A DNA stretch of 64,000 nucleotides, from positions 124,001 through 188,000 of the IMG/VR virus record IMGVR_UViG_3300044700_000691, one strand, 5' to 3'. The first letter of the stretch is position 1, and every line of letters begins with the position of its first letter. A model generated the notes under the pieces. That model made no database searches. It was not told where the DNA came from and worked only from the letters and a program-made list of their open reading frames with translations. A program made the translations under genes and the position numbers. Shown piece by piece: positions 28,409 to 37,770 of the stretch.

Positions 28409-29587
28409 TTATGCATTATCTCTACGCTCGTCTTCCTCCCATTTGGTAAGAAGCTTTTTAAACTCAGCTTCTTTTTGTTCTGGAGTCATGGTTTTTGTTC
28501 TATTGAACTCTAACTCATTTATTCTACGCTTTAACTCTCTTGCACTAACTTCGTTATAAGTCTTTGCGGTTTGAGTTGATGGTAGAGATTCGTTTCCAAC
28601 AATATCTAAATCTAACGTTGGAATAACTGCAACAATTAAGTTTCCAGCATAGACTGGATCATCGCTTTGAAAATCTTCAAGCTTCATATCAAAGCTTGCA
28701 CCAAATAATTTAGTTAATCTAGTAGAAGCTGGTGTAATTGAAATAGTAAATTTATCGGCGTTTGCTATTTTATCGCCGCCTAATTCCTTTAACATGTTAT
28801 TTGACATTAAATATCTAAATTTAATGTTTTTTTCGCCAGAACCTTCTTCAATCATTCGTAACTTATTTGTTTTAATAGTTACATAATAATTACAGCAGTC
28901 TTCTTCTGGTTTTTCTTCAATTGTACACTCTTTTTCAACTTCCTCTAGCGTTTTGTATGGGCCAGACGCAAGTTTTATCTTACCCTTAGCTTCAATATCA
29001 GTTCCAATTAAAGATTCTATAGTTGGAGCAGTTTCGCCAGACTTAACCTCGATTGTATGTATTACTTTATTCTCGTCTTCCATTGTTAAACAATAAAAAA
29101 GAGATTCGGCCGGAGCCGGTAGCAATTTTTGATCTTCTGGATCTTCTTTTGTATATTGAGCTGCATCATATGGAATAGTTGCAGGCAAGCCTGGTTTTTG
29201 TATAACAGCAGGTAGTCCTGGTTTTTGAGTAACTGCAGGCAATCCAGGTTTCTGAATAGTCGCAAGTTCCTTACTTCCTTGAACAGCAGGTAGATTAGAT
29301 CCTCCGGCTGGAAGCTCAAGAGCTTCGTTTTTAGTAGACTTGCTCTTCTTTTCATTAACATAACCACAAATAACTTTGTGTATTGCAAGTAAAAGGTCAC
29401 GTATTTTATCTGCACCTGTATACTTTACATAGGTAGAATTTCCATAGGCATCTACAAAATCTAGGTCAGGGTACACATTAAAGTTGTGCAAAACGGTTTT
29501 TTGATCGTTTTGGTTCCAAACTGGCTCGCAGTCTTTAACTTGCCATTTAAGTTCGTGACTTTGAAAAATTTCGCAGATTACTCCCAT
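28409..29587 (-). CDS. Hypothetical protein with internal 9-aa repeats
   Basis: 392-aa ORF containing (I/T)QKPGLPA(V/T) repeats. Confidence 0.75.
   Translation of the reverse strand: MGVICEIFQSHELKWQVKDCEPVWNQNDQKTVLHNFNVYPDLDFVDAYGNSTYVKYTGADKIRDLLLAIHKVICGYVNEKKSKSTKNEALELPAGGSNLPAVQGSKELATIQKPGLPAVTQKPGLPAVIQKPGLPATIPYDAAQYTKEDPEDQKLLPAPAESLFYCLTMEDENKVIHTIEVKSGETAPTIESLIGTDIEAKGKIKLASGPYKTLEEVEKECTIEEKPEEDCCNYYVTIKTNKLRMIEEGSGEKNIKFRYLMSNNMLKELGGDKIANADKFTISITPASTRLTKLFGASFDMKLEDFQSDDPVYAGNLIVAVIPTLDLDIVGNESLPSTQTAKTYNEVSARELKRRINELEFNRTKTMTPEQKEAEFKKLLTKWEEDERRDNA
29181..29261 (-). repeat. 27-bp imperfect coding tandem repeat x3
   Basis: Units start at 29181, 29208 and 29235 (gcaggcaagcctggtttttgtataaca and variants); a degenerate fourth unit follows. 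Confidence 0.85.
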
Positions 29588-29591
29588 TTAA

Positions 29592-30077
29592 TTATGCTTG
29601 TGGTTTTTCTCCTCTAAAGGCTTTACCTTTATTGGAATCTTTTCTTTCTGGATCAACTGTTTTATAGTTTGCCCAAATTTCATTGTATATTCGACAGCTT
29701 GCTCCCATAAAATTAATAATGCCGACAAATTTCTTACGATCATCGCCAGTCATCTTGGAAACTTTTCTTCCAATACGTCGAGCATCGTCAAGATCTAATT
29801 CTTCTTCGTCATCTTTACCAACTAATTCTTTAAGAGAATTTCTTTTCTTTTCATTTAGTTGAATAAAAGACTCAAACGTCATTGATCTTGAGTCTTCAGC
29901 ATATGCTGACTCATGGTCAGCTGCATATGATTCAAATCGATCAAGCTCGTCGCCAGTCATTAGACCAGTTGCATACATAACAAATCTTTCATAAAGATCT
30001 GCTCTTTCCTGCATAGGAATACCTGCTTCATCCATATATTGAATTATGCTAGGAGGTACGCTTAGTGTAATCCTCAT
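29592..30077 (-). CDS. Hypothetical protein with internal capsid-targeting-like motif
   Basis: SMTFESFIQLNE-KKR in mid-protein. Confidence 0.75.
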   Translation of the reverse strand: MRITLSVPPSIIQYMDEAGIPMQERADLYERFVMYATGLMTGDELDRFESYAADHESAYAEDSRSMTFESFIQLNEKKRNSLKELVGKDDEEELDLDDARRIGRKVSKMTGDDRKKFVGIINFMGASCRIYNEIWANYKTVDPERKDSNKGKAFRGEKPQA

Positions 30078-30088
30078 CGAGTTTTTAA

Positions 30089-30442
30089 TTATTTTTGTTT
30101 GCTAGCCATCTTAGGATCAACTGACTTAGTGATAGCTGTACCTTTAATAACTAATTTGCCAAATGCTGGATCAACTGACTTAGTGATAGCTTTACCTTTA
30201 GGCGCAGCTTCTGCTAAGTTTTGGTTAACAGACTTAGTGATTTTAGCACCTTTAGCGGCTTTAAGATCAGTCATTTTAGTGTCAACTGATTTTTTAATGC
30301 TAGAACCTTTAGGCATATCTAATTTAGCCATTTTAGGATCAACGCTTTTTCCTAATCTAGAACCTGCAGCAGGCATAGATGCTAAGTTTTGGTTAACTTT
30401 TTCAGTTAGGAATTCTGTGTAAGACAATACTTGGTTTGCCAT
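30089..30442 (-). CDS. Basic Lys/Ala-rich repeat protein; putative DNA-condensing internal protein
   Basis: N-terminal VLSYTEFLTE, then six 17-19-aa KSV(D/N)-type repeats. An exact 24-bp duplicate lies at 30114-30137 and 30168-30191. Confidence 0.8.
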   Translation of the reverse strand: MANQVLSYTEFLTEKVNQNLASMPAAGSRLGKSVDPKMAKLDMPKGSSIKKSVDTKMTDLKAAKGAKITKSVNQNLAEAAPKGKAITKSVDPAFGKLVIKGTAITKSVDPKMASKQK

Positions 30443-30600
30443 TTCATTGTTTCATTTTTTTAATTACTCGATCTTCTCTGATCACTCCTGGTCTCTCCAA
30501 TCCTGTAATATGAGTATTCATATTAAAAATAAGTTAAGGCCGTTAGAGGGTCTCAGATTAAATAGTTGTTATAATTACCTAATTAGACAATTATTTTAGT

Positions 30601-30608
30601 TATTTATC
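30601..30608 (-). promoter_or_regulatory. Late promoter-like GATAAATA
   Basis: Just downstream of the capsid terminator, about 160 nt ahead of the 30442 gene. Confidence 0.5.
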
Positions 30609-30625
30609 TGACCTCTTAAAATAAG

Positions 30626-30647
30626 AAAGCCCTCCGAAGAGGGCTTT
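30626..30647 (-). terminator. Intrinsic terminator with UUCG tetraloop after the major capsid gene
   Basis: On the minus strand: AAAGCCCTC-TTCG-GAGGGCTTT, then a U-rich tract. C(UUCG)G loops are typical of T4 terminators. Confidence 0.9.
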
Positions 30648-30676
30648 ACTTTATTGAGATATTAATCTATTAAAGA

Positions 30677-32266
30677 CTAAGCAACATACTCACCAGTTAA
30701 GTGTTTAACACCCGTTGCATTAGCACCGTCAACAATATTAAATTGTACGTACTGAGTTTGTGGATGCCATCCAGCTTCAACTAGAGCATATCTTGACTTC
30801 ATTCCGATTTTCGGAGAGAATGTACCCTCTGAAATAGTTTGAAGAGATTCAGCCATGATGTAAGGCATGAATTTAAGTCCTGGCTCTTCGTCAGCACCTT
30901 TACGTCCGATAAGAACAGTGTTGTTATCAAAACGTAAGTTTGGATCAACATAGATAGTTAAACCGTGAACTTTACCAGCAGGGTAAAGAGTTCCAGCAGT
31001 AGAACCTAAATCATTGTTGAATGGAGCGATTGAATAACCAGCAGCATCAGCCATAGCAGATGCAACTTTAGCAGAAACTACTGCGAAAGTACCAGCTCCG
31101 AAACGAGCTCTGTGATAAATTAAGTTAGCAGATTCAAGAATCTTAGTAACTAATTTTCTTTGAGAAGTCGTTACGTTTTCAAAAGTACCAGAACCTGGTT
31201 GAACGTTAACGTTAGCAACATAACCTTCAGTTGCGTTAGCAAGTGTAGCATTAGTTGTAGCTAAGTTTTTAACTTTAGAAACGATTTCTTTGTTGATTGT
31301 TTGAGCAAGCTCATTAACAGCAACGTTCTCCAACATAGAGATTGCATCGAAATTCCAAACTCTGTTAAGATCTTGGATTTGTTCAACAGTTGCAGAGATA
31401 GAAACTTGAGAAGTTTTAGCCTCAACGAACTTAGTAAACATTTTAAGACCCATTTGACGGAATTTAGAACCTTCACCAGCTGCTCTATCCATAGATTGAG
31501 TATACTCATTTCCAGAAAGGAAAGGACCAGAGAAATCTGTGTGAGCTTCAGTTGAAGTCGAAGTGAATCCAGAGATGTGGTTTTCTAAAGCAGATACTAA
31601 ATCAACTTTGTTAGCCGCATCTAAAGTTACACTGTTTAACACTTTACCAGCACCTAAGTAAGTAGCTAAAGTGATAGAATCATCAGAAGTAACTACTTTG
31701 AAGATCAATTGACCGTCAATACGTGAAGCACCTACGAATTGTAGTGTAAGTACTGCAGCTGTTCCAGCTCCATCACCATCAACTGTGTACTCAGTACCAG
31801 CTGTGAATGTAGCCTTTTCACCTGTAGTGAAATCAGCGATTTTGATCAAATATGGTTCGAATTCAGTACCTAAGTTACCACCTTGGTAAACATAATCTAG
31901 GTAAGGAAGGAAACCAACTGGAGAGTCCATAGGAACTACACCAACTAGGTCGAAACCAATTGTTTTTGCTGCTACTTGAATAGCAACTGGCAATAAACTT
32001 GGGAATTTATCACCTGAACCGTTTGCACCTGTTGTAGGAGCTAATGGGTTACCGATTCCACTGATAGAACCTGGTTGTTGATAGAATAAGCCTGGAGCAA
32101 CTGTAGCTTCATTGATTGAACCTGCGTTTTCGAACATTGCGTGATAGTGGCAATAATCTACTAACCAAGGACGTGAATCTGCGTTTACACCATAGCTTTC
32201 TAAAACTGGAGCCCAAGTTGACTTAATCGAAGAATCGTTTAGTCTTTTAAATACTTTTGTAGACAT
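30677..32266 (-). CDS. gp23: Major capsid protein (gp23-like)
   Basis: KSTWAPVLE, IGFDLVGVVPMDSPVG, ELAQTINKEI, GAGTFAVVSAKVASA, YMPYI-like FMPYI and KIGMKSRYAL. Confidence 0.95.
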   Translation of the reverse strand: MSTKVFKRLNDSSIKSTWAPVLESYGVNADSRPWLVDYCHYHAMFENAGSINEATVAPGLFYQQPGSISGIGNPLAPTTGANGSGDKFPSLLPVAIQVAAKTIGFDLVGVVPMDSPVGFLPYLDYVYQGGNLGTEFEPYLIKIADFTTGEKATFTAGTEYTVDGDGAGTAAVLTLQFVGASRIDGQLIFKVVTSDDSITLATYLGAGKVLNSVTLDAANKVDLVSALENHISGFTSTSTEAHTDFSGPFLSGNEYTQSMDRAAGEGSKFRQMGLKMFTKFVEAKTSQVSISATVEQIQDLNRVWNFDAISMLENVAVNELAQTINKEIVSKVKNLATTNATLANATEGYVANVNVQPGSGTFENVTTSQRKLVTKILESANLIYHRARFGAGTFAVVSAKVASAMADAAGYSIAPFNNDLGSTAGTLYPAGKVHGLTIYVDPNLRFDNNTVLIGRKGADEEPGLKFMPYIMAESLQTISEGTFSPKIGMKSRYALVEAGWHPQTQYVQFNIVDGANATGVKHLTGEYVA

Positions 32267-32283
32267 TTTGTTTTAAAAATTTT

Positions 32284-33630
32284 TTAGTTTTGTGCTCTTC
32301 TTTTTAGAGCGTCGAGGTATGTGTTACCATAGCCTCTTTGATGTTCCGCAACTTTCTCAATCGAGATAAAACCTTCTCTACCTTGGCTTTCGTTGATGTG
32401 TTGCGCATTTTTATTTTGTTTTTCGAAATAAATTCTTTCATTAATTCCTCTTAGATCTCTGCTCTCCCAGAAGTTTTTAACTTGGTAAGGAGTGTTAAGA
32501 ACAGTTAGGGAAGCTTGTGCTTCTAAGCGGCTCTTTTCTGCAGGGGTCATGCTTTCAAAAATATCTTTGAATTTAGTAGGCATGAATTTGATTAAGGTAG
32601 GAACGTTTTCTTGTTGTTTGTTAAGAACTGACTCAATAATTTGGATAACGTCTTCTTCTTTAAAATAAACTGCTCCAGAAAGAGCTTCTATAATAGCAGT
32701 TTTTTGTGTTTGATCTAAATTAAAGAATCTTGATTTATTATCTTCGTTAAGAAGTTTTAGGAATGGATATCTGCTTTCTAATACAGATTTAGCTGAGTTA
32801 TCTTTAATATGCTTAACAATTGCATTTACTGAACCAACTATATCGTTAACTTTAGAACCTTCAGCAACTTGGTAGTTTACTGATTCGTCTAATTTTTCGA
32901 TTTGGCTAAATGCAGAGGCAGATTTGGTAGAAAGACCAGATTTACCGTCATTTAGTGATTCTGCAATATACTCAGAATATTTAATTCCTTTTTCAAGGTT
33001 TTCAGCAAGATAATTAGCGTAACCAACTGAGTGCTTTAAGTTTTCAGCAACGTATTCAGTGTATCTGATACCTTGTTCTGATTTTTCAGCAACATACTCA
33101 GTGTATTGAATTCCTTTATCAAGGTTTTCTGCTAAGTATTCTGTGTACTTAATATTTTTGTTTACGTTTTCTGCGATATGCTCAGAGTAATCAATTGCAT
33201 TATTTAAGTTTTCGCCAACGTATTCAGAGTAACCGATACCTTGTTCAACTTTTTCAGCAAGATAATCCGAGTAATCGATTACCTTATTAACTTTCTCAGC
33301 AACATGCTCAGAATAGTCAATTGATTTGTTTAACATGCCAGAAAGGTAATTGTTATATTCAATTACTTTGCCAAGCTCGCTTGAAAGATAGTTAACGTAC
33401 TCAACTAATTGGTTATTAGTTGCAGGTGTGTTTTCTTCTTCAGCATTTAGATCTGTAACCAAATTCGGATCTTCATCTGTTTGGTCTTCTTCGGTAACTG
33501 CGAAGTTATCAACCATTTTATCTACACTCTCCTTAAGAGAATCAAACTTGCCTTTAACAAGTTCAGAATATTGGTTGAACGCTTCTTTCGTTACAAACTC
33601 ATTAGTCATGTGTTTGTTATTATTTTCCAT
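32284..33630 (-). CDS. Putative nested, in-frame scaffold protein (448 aa, MENNNKH...)
   Basis: In-frame ATG at 33630 lies 20 nt downstream of an internal GATAAATA (33651-33658), with an A-rich leader. Confidence 0.6.
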   Translation of the reverse strand: MENNNKHMTNEFVTKEAFNQYSELVKGKFDSLKESVDKMVDNFAVTEEDQTDEDPNLVTDLNAEEENTPATNNQLVEYVNYLSSELGKVIEYNNYLSGMLNKSIDYSEHVAEKVNKVIDYSDYLAEKVEQGIGYSEYVGENLNNAIDYSEHIAENVNKNIKYTEYLAENLDKGIQYTEYVAEKSEQGIRYTEYVAENLKHSVGYANYLAENLEKGIKYSEYIAESLNDGKSGLSTKSASAFSQIEKLDESVNYQVAEGSKVNDIVGSVNAIVKHIKDNSAKSVLESRYPFLKLLNEDNKSRFFNLDQTQKTAIIEALSGAVYFKEEDVIQIIESVLNKQQENVPTLIKFMPTKFKDIFESMTPAEKSRLEAQASLTVLNTPYQVKNFWESRDLRGINERIYFEKQNKNAQHINESQGREGFISIEKVAEHQRGYGNTYLDALKRRAQN

Positions 33631-34314
33631 AGGTTTTACTATCTCTTCATTATTTATCTTATAAACTTTGATCGATTCTGCGAGGTTTAAGCTTTCAGAA
33701 ATATCTACCAATTTGTTTATAATTGAGCTTGATTTAATATTATCCAAAGATTCGAAAAGCATAGAATAATTGCTTTGGAAACTTTCGTTAACTGATCTTC
33801 TAAGAACTGCTTCGCTAAAACCAGGCTCAGCGACTAAGTCGTATGTGAATATTCTTTGGATTTTTACTTTACCCTCATTTGCTACTTGACCAGCAGCTCT
33901 TGAAGAGGTTGAAATTGTACAGCCTGACTCAACTAGAGTTTTTGCAATCTGACCAGCCGGTGTATTTAGCAGACGTACTTTAATTTTTACGTTATTAGAA
34001 TCTTGATCGTACCATAATTTCTCAATTACGTGAGAAACATTCTTAAGTGAAACATCAAAATTTTGTGGATGATCTAACTCACCAAATAGTTGACCCTTTT
34101 CGATTTTCTCGTTTAGGTATTCTAGGTGTGGAAGATACTCAGCTTTTTCGTAGATTCGGTTGTTGTTATTCTTTGTGTCAAATACTGCACAAACCCCTTC
34201 CATAACAATGTCACCATTCTCTGACTTAACTGTGTTTAGACCTTCATTTACTCTTTCAATAATGAAGAGCATATCTGAGGTATTTGTAATTTCGTTTACG
34301 TCTGTAAGGACCAC
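32284..34314 (-). CDS. gp21: Prohead protease (gp21-like) fused to scaffold/core domain
   Basis: N-terminal ~200 aa: NNNNRIY, GELDHP, VSHVI, LNTPAG, SSRAAG, DLVAEPGF. About 450 aa of coiled-coil and repeat sequence follows. The alternative start is ATG 34272. Confidence 0.9.
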   Translation of the reverse strand: MVLTDVNEITNTSDMLFIIERVNEGLNTVKSENGDIVMEGVCAVFDTKNNNNRIYEKAEYLPHLEYLNEKIEKGQLFGELDHPQNFDVSLKNVSHVIEKLWYDQDSNNVKIKVRLLNTPAGQIAKTLVESGCTISTSSRAAGQVANEGKVKIQRIFTYDLVAEPGFSEAVLRRSVNESFQSNYSMLFESLDNIKSSSIINKLVDISESLNLAESIKVYKINNEEIVKPMENNNKHMTNEFVTKEAFNQYSELVKGKFDSLKESVDKMVDNFAVTEEDQTDEDPNLVTDLNAEEENTPATNNQLVEYVNYLSSELGKVIEYNNYLSGMLNKSIDYSEHVAEKVNKVIDYSDYLAEKVEQGIGYSEYVGENLNNAIDYSEHIAENVNKNIKYTEYLAENLDKGIQYTEYVAEKSEQGIRYTEYVAENLKHSVGYANYLAENLEKGIKYSEYIAESLNDGKSGLSTKSASAFSQIEKLDESVNYQVAEGSKVNDIVGSVNAIVKHIKDNSAKSVLESRYPFLKLLNEDNKSRFFNLDQTQKTAIIEALSGAVYFKEEDVIQIIESVLNKQQENVPTLIKFMPTKFKDIFESMTPAEKSRLEAQASLTVLNTPYQVKNFWESRDLRGINERIYFEKQNKNAQHINESQGREGFISIEKVAEHQRGYGNTYLDALKRRAQN
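32944..33405 (-). repeat. 11 tandem 14-aa (42-bp) coiled-coil repeats in the scaffold
   Basis: VEYVNYLSSELGKV / IEYNNYLSGMLNKS / IDYSEHVAEKVNKV ... IKYSEYIAESLNDG; consensus IxYSEYxAExxxxG. Confidence 0.9.
33651..33658 (-). promoter_or_regulatory. Internal late promoter-like GATAAATA
   Basis: Lies in the protease-scaffold linker at the canonical ~20-nt distance from an in-frame ATG. Confidence 0.6.
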
Positions 34315-34333
34315 GTTGCCTGATTTTTTTTAT

Positions 34334-34341
34334 TATTTATA
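34334..34341 (-). promoter_or_regulatory. T4 late promoter consensus TATAAATA
   Basis: Exact T4 late consensus 19 nt upstream of the protease GTG. Confidence 0.75.
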
Positions 34342-34384
34342 TCGTATCAGTACAAATAATTTATAACAGATGACAACTTGTCAT

Positions 34385-35239
34385 CTATATAGTTTTATTT
34401 ATTAAGCGTAGTAGGTCCTGCTTCTCGAGATCAGTTAGTTTATCAAAATTAGGTACCCTTGTATGAATTTTAAAGACATATGCACCTTTATTTTGAAACC
34501 CAGTAGCTAATCCTCGGCCTGGAATGGTTATTTGAATATCGCTAAAGGACTTAGCGCTAAGAGATTTTATCTTAAATTTTGTGCCAGACACAGATTTAAA
34601 GATTAGATTTTCAATATTAATTAACTCGGTTAAGTCTACTTCTCTGTTATCTATAATATTACCGGCTGCATCCATAACAATACCAGATGGTATTACTATT
34701 TCTAATAGGACATATAGATTACCAATAAATGTGCGATTAAACATTGCACCTCCACCAAGTTTACCAGTATTTCCCATATTTTGGAAAGTTAATCTAGAAA
34801 ATGCTCGATTACCATCAAAAATTAATTGGTGTTTGGTTTTGTCTGGGCTAAGCTCTACACTAAAACGATTTGGGGTAGACTCGCCCTTTTTATTATAGAC
34901 TACTTCAATAGTCTTACCAGTTAAAAGGTCTTTAAGATCGATTTTTTGATTAACTACTATATCAAGATCAATACCCCAATTTTGGGTAAAAATATCGGTT
35001 GAGCCAAATCCGCTAAACATGTCACGAAGGTCCTCAAAGTTAGCACCGCCTTTATCGTAACCTTTACGCTTTTCTACATCTCCTAATACACCATAAGCTT
35101 CGGCGATTTCCTTAAATTTGGAATCACCGTCAGGATTTTTATCAGGGTGATATTTAATGGCAAGTTTTCGATATGCCTTTTTAATATCTGCCTGATTGCA
35201 TCCGCGCTCAACTTCTAGTATATTATAATAGTCTTTCAC
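34385..35239 (-). CDS. dnaJ: J-domain chaperone (DnaJ/CbpA-like, no zinc finger)
   Basis: [25 protein letters not shown]-domain; C-terminal GNLYV and IPGRGL..GAYVF. Confidence 0.88.
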   Translation of the reverse strand: MKDYYNILEVERGCNQADIKKAYRKLAIKYHPDKNPDGDSKFKEIAEAYGVLGDVEKRKGYDKGGANFEDLRDMFSGFGSTDIFTQNWGIDLDIVVNQKIDLKDLLTGKTIEVVYNKKGESTPNRFSVELSPDKTKHQLIFDGNRAFSRLTFQNMGNTGKLGGGAMFNRTFIGNLYVLLEIVIPSGIVMDAAGNIIDNREVDLTELINIENLIFKSVSGTKFKIKSLSAKSFSDIQITIPGRGLATGFQNKGAYVFKIHTRVPNFDKLTDLEKQDLLRLINKTI

Positions 35240-35258
35240 TATAATTAATATACCTAAA

Positions 35259-36062
35259 TTACTTACCCACGGTAACTGTATCTGATAAAATTAATGGTTT
35301 TGCTAAACTTACAACGCCTTTAGCTAGGCCTGGGGTCGACGGCATTTTGCCATCGATCATTGATGCAAGGGACTCAATTGTTGCCATAAGTGCATCTCCC
35401 ATAACAGCTGGCTCAGTTAAGCCGCTTGCTCCAAGTCTAGTAAAGTCTCCTCTAAGCCATACTTGCTCAGATGTTACCCTAACCTCAGAGGTTGCTGTAA
35501 TATCAACAGTTGAATTTGCAATAATTTTAATAGTAGGACCCTCTAGTTCAATAATAGACTCAGTGTCTTTATGCTCAATTGTAATAGTTGAATCCTGAGC
35601 AATATTAATTCGGGATTTTTTATTTTCGAATGTTAAGCCTTTGCCTACAGTAAACCACAATTTAAGCTGTTCATCGCCATCCCATAGGATAAAATGCGAA
35701 CCTAAATATTCACCATCCTTTTTTAATTCTTCCTGTAAGTCTGCCGCAAGTTCCTGTAACTGAGAATACTCAGGCGAATAAATGTCGCCTTGATCAAATG
35801 TTACAACTACAAGGGCTCCGTTTTTTGGAATAGAAATACTGGCAGCACCCTCTTTACCAAAAAATGTAGGTTTTGCCATTGGATTTGCCCAAGGAAGATC
35901 CTCAGTTTTTAGTGTATCAAATACTCCATGCACTAAAATTTTACATCGACCCTGTTTAAGAGGATCGTTTGCATCAACAACTGTACCCATATACTTTTTT
36001 AAAATATAGTCAATCGTTGTGTCTGACGAGCGTTTAATATCTAGGTCTCTGTTTACAATCAT
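35259..36062 (-). CDS. gp5: Baseplate central spike (gp5/gpV-like OB-fold, no lysozyme domain)
   Basis: [39 protein letters not shown]-fold, then a short beta-strand-rich region. Confidence 0.82.
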   Translation of the reverse strand: MIVNRDLDIKRSSDTTIDYILKKYMGTVVDANDPLKQGRCKILVHGVFDTLKTEDLPWANPMAKPTFFGKEGAASISIPKNGALVVVTFDQGDIYSPEYSQLQELAADLQEELKKDGEYLGSHFILWDGDEQLKLWFTVGKGLTFENKKSRINIAQDSTITIEHKDTESIIELEGPTIKIIANSTVDITATSEVRVTSEQVWLRGDFTRLGASGLTEPAVMGDALMATIESLASMIDGKMPSTPGLAKGVVSLAKPLILSDTVTVGK

Positions 36063-37765
36063 TATGGCTTAAGTGGATTTTGACTAGTTATTTTACCTCC
36101 AACTTTCCTTTGGTTTACCGCTTTCATAATTGGAACGTCTCCTGGGAAAATATCAGTATTAATTTTTCCAATTTGGGTAATCTCCTTTCCAGGAAACATA
36201 TCATTCTTGATTGGTGAAGCTGTTCTGGTGTCTTTACCTGGAAATATATCATTTTTAATTGGTAAAACAGTTCTAATGTCTTTGCCTGGGAAAGTGTCTT
36301 TTGTAATTGTACCACCGGCCTTTCGTTCAGTTAATATCTGTACTAGCGATCCATCATATAAGTCATCATTAATTGGAGCAGCTCCTCTTTCTTTGGTAAC
36401 TGCGGTTAAATCTGTTGGCGAAAACTTTTCAAATGGCCTAGAATTAAGAGGACCATTTGATAGTGCACCATCAACGGCTGCATCAAACTGTCTTTCTAGA
36501 CCAAGTAGAGCATCATTTAGGGCTCGTTGAGGAGCTCCTAATATATTAGTTAGAGCTCGACGGCCCGCGGATAACACTCTAGTTATTCCTCCAGTAAAAG
36601 GACCAAGATCAAGAGCACCGCCCAATCCTCCAAATAGTGGATTTAAGCCAGCTTCATCATCAAAGAAACCAGCTGTGCCAAATGCTTTATCGCCAAAATA
36701 TGTGGCTGGCATTACTCGATCAACAATAATTTTAATTTTAGGTTGTAGGTTACTGGAAGATTCGCCAGTCGACGATTTAGTTTGAGTTCCTGCATTTTCT
36801 AAAAAGTCTGAAAAATCAAATTTGCAGCCCATGCATCTAAATGCAATTCCACCAAAGTTTACCTGGCCACTGAACGTTTCATCGTATTGTGCACTGGGTC
36901 CGCCAAAGCCTAAATTAATATTAAGTCCAACATTTTCACCATTTTTTAGGAAACGTAAATCCATAAAATAGATATCCATTGAGAACTTTTCAAGATTCGG
37001 AGGCAATACCTTTCTACCATTAAACGAATCATAACTCAATAGACGATATGCTTCGGCAAGGCGGGTTAATCTAAGATCTACTGTCTCATCTCCAGTTATT
37101 GTAAGTGTAATTGGTTCAAATTTGTAGCCTGCTTGGCAAGCTTTCCATAGGTTAGGTATTCCATCTAGTTCTTTAAATGCCCATGGAGATTTTTCTTGAA
37201 TATGATTTAAAGTTTTAATAAATTCCATTAAATAGAAACCTCGGTTTAATTCGCCAGCCGGTCTATTTGTGATAGTAGAGGCTGCTGCCGAATTCAATAG
37301 TAGATTTTTAGGTAAAATTTCGTCGTTAGTTTCACTAAGTTTAAGAGAAAAACTATTCAAGTATTGAATTGCACAGGCTTCGCTGGCATTTGCAAGTAGG
37401 TCAGGAAAATTTGTTCCAGTGTTTACTTCAGTAATACCGCTTCCATCTGATGACATTTTTGCCCAGTCTGGCAAATAGAACAGTGGATTTGCTTTAAGCC
37501 CAGTGTATGGGTTTATAGTTCCTTTAGCTTCACTTAATTGACTATGTATGTCTAGTGCAAATCCAAAATAGGTAGGTTCATCATATCCAGTCGAAAGCCT
37601 AGAATTTCTAAATGATTGAATAATATTAGGTAATGATCTAGTATCTTTATCATTTACAACAGATGCTACCCAAGAGCTTCTTTTATCACCAGCTGTTGCG
37701 TCAGCACCCAAGGCACTGCTATTAACATATGGATCTGGTTGTGGTTCAAAATCTGGTAATGACAT
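36062..37765 (-). CDS. Putative baseplate/tail-associated protein with C-terminal repeats
   Basis: 567 aa, within the baseplate operon (context only). Confidence 0.6.
   Translation of the reverse strand: MSLPDFEPQPDPYVNSSALGADATAGDKRSSWVASVVNDKDTRSLPNIIQSFRNSRLSTGYDEPTYFGFALDIHSQLSEAKGTINPYTGLKANPLFYLPDWAKMSSDGSGITEVNTGTNFPDLLANASEACAIQYLNSFSLKLSETNDEILPKNLLLNSAAASTITNRPAGELNRGFYLMEFIKTLNHIQEKSPWAFKELDGIPNLWKACQAGYKFEPITLTITGDETVDLRLTRLAEAYRLLSYDSFNGRKVLPPNLEKFSMDIYFMDLRFLKNGENVGLNINLGFGGPSAQYDETFSGQVNFGGIAFRCMGCKFDFSDFLENAGTQTKSSTGESSSNLQPKIKIIVDRVMPATYFGDKAFGTAGFFDDEAGLNPLFGGLGGALDLGPFTGGITRVLSAGRRALTNILGAPQRALNDALLGLERQFDAAVDGALSNGPLNSRPFEKFSPTDLTAVTKERGAAPINDDLYDGSLVQILTERKAGGTITKDTFPGKDIRTVLPIKNDIFPGKDTRTASPIKNDMFPGKEITQIGKINTDIFPGDVPIMKAVNQRKVGGKITSQNPLKP
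36138..36305 (-). repeat. 48-bp (16-aa) coding repeat x4, motif D(T/I/M)FPG
   Basis: cc(t/a)gg(g)aaa cores at 36141, 36189, 36237 and 36285. Confidence 0.85.
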
Positions 37766-37770
37766 TGTAT

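Noticed and set aside
29181-36305. Tandem repeats as possible CRISPR arrays
   Set aside because: All are in-frame, degenerate at synonymous positions, and lack unique spacers and cas genes.
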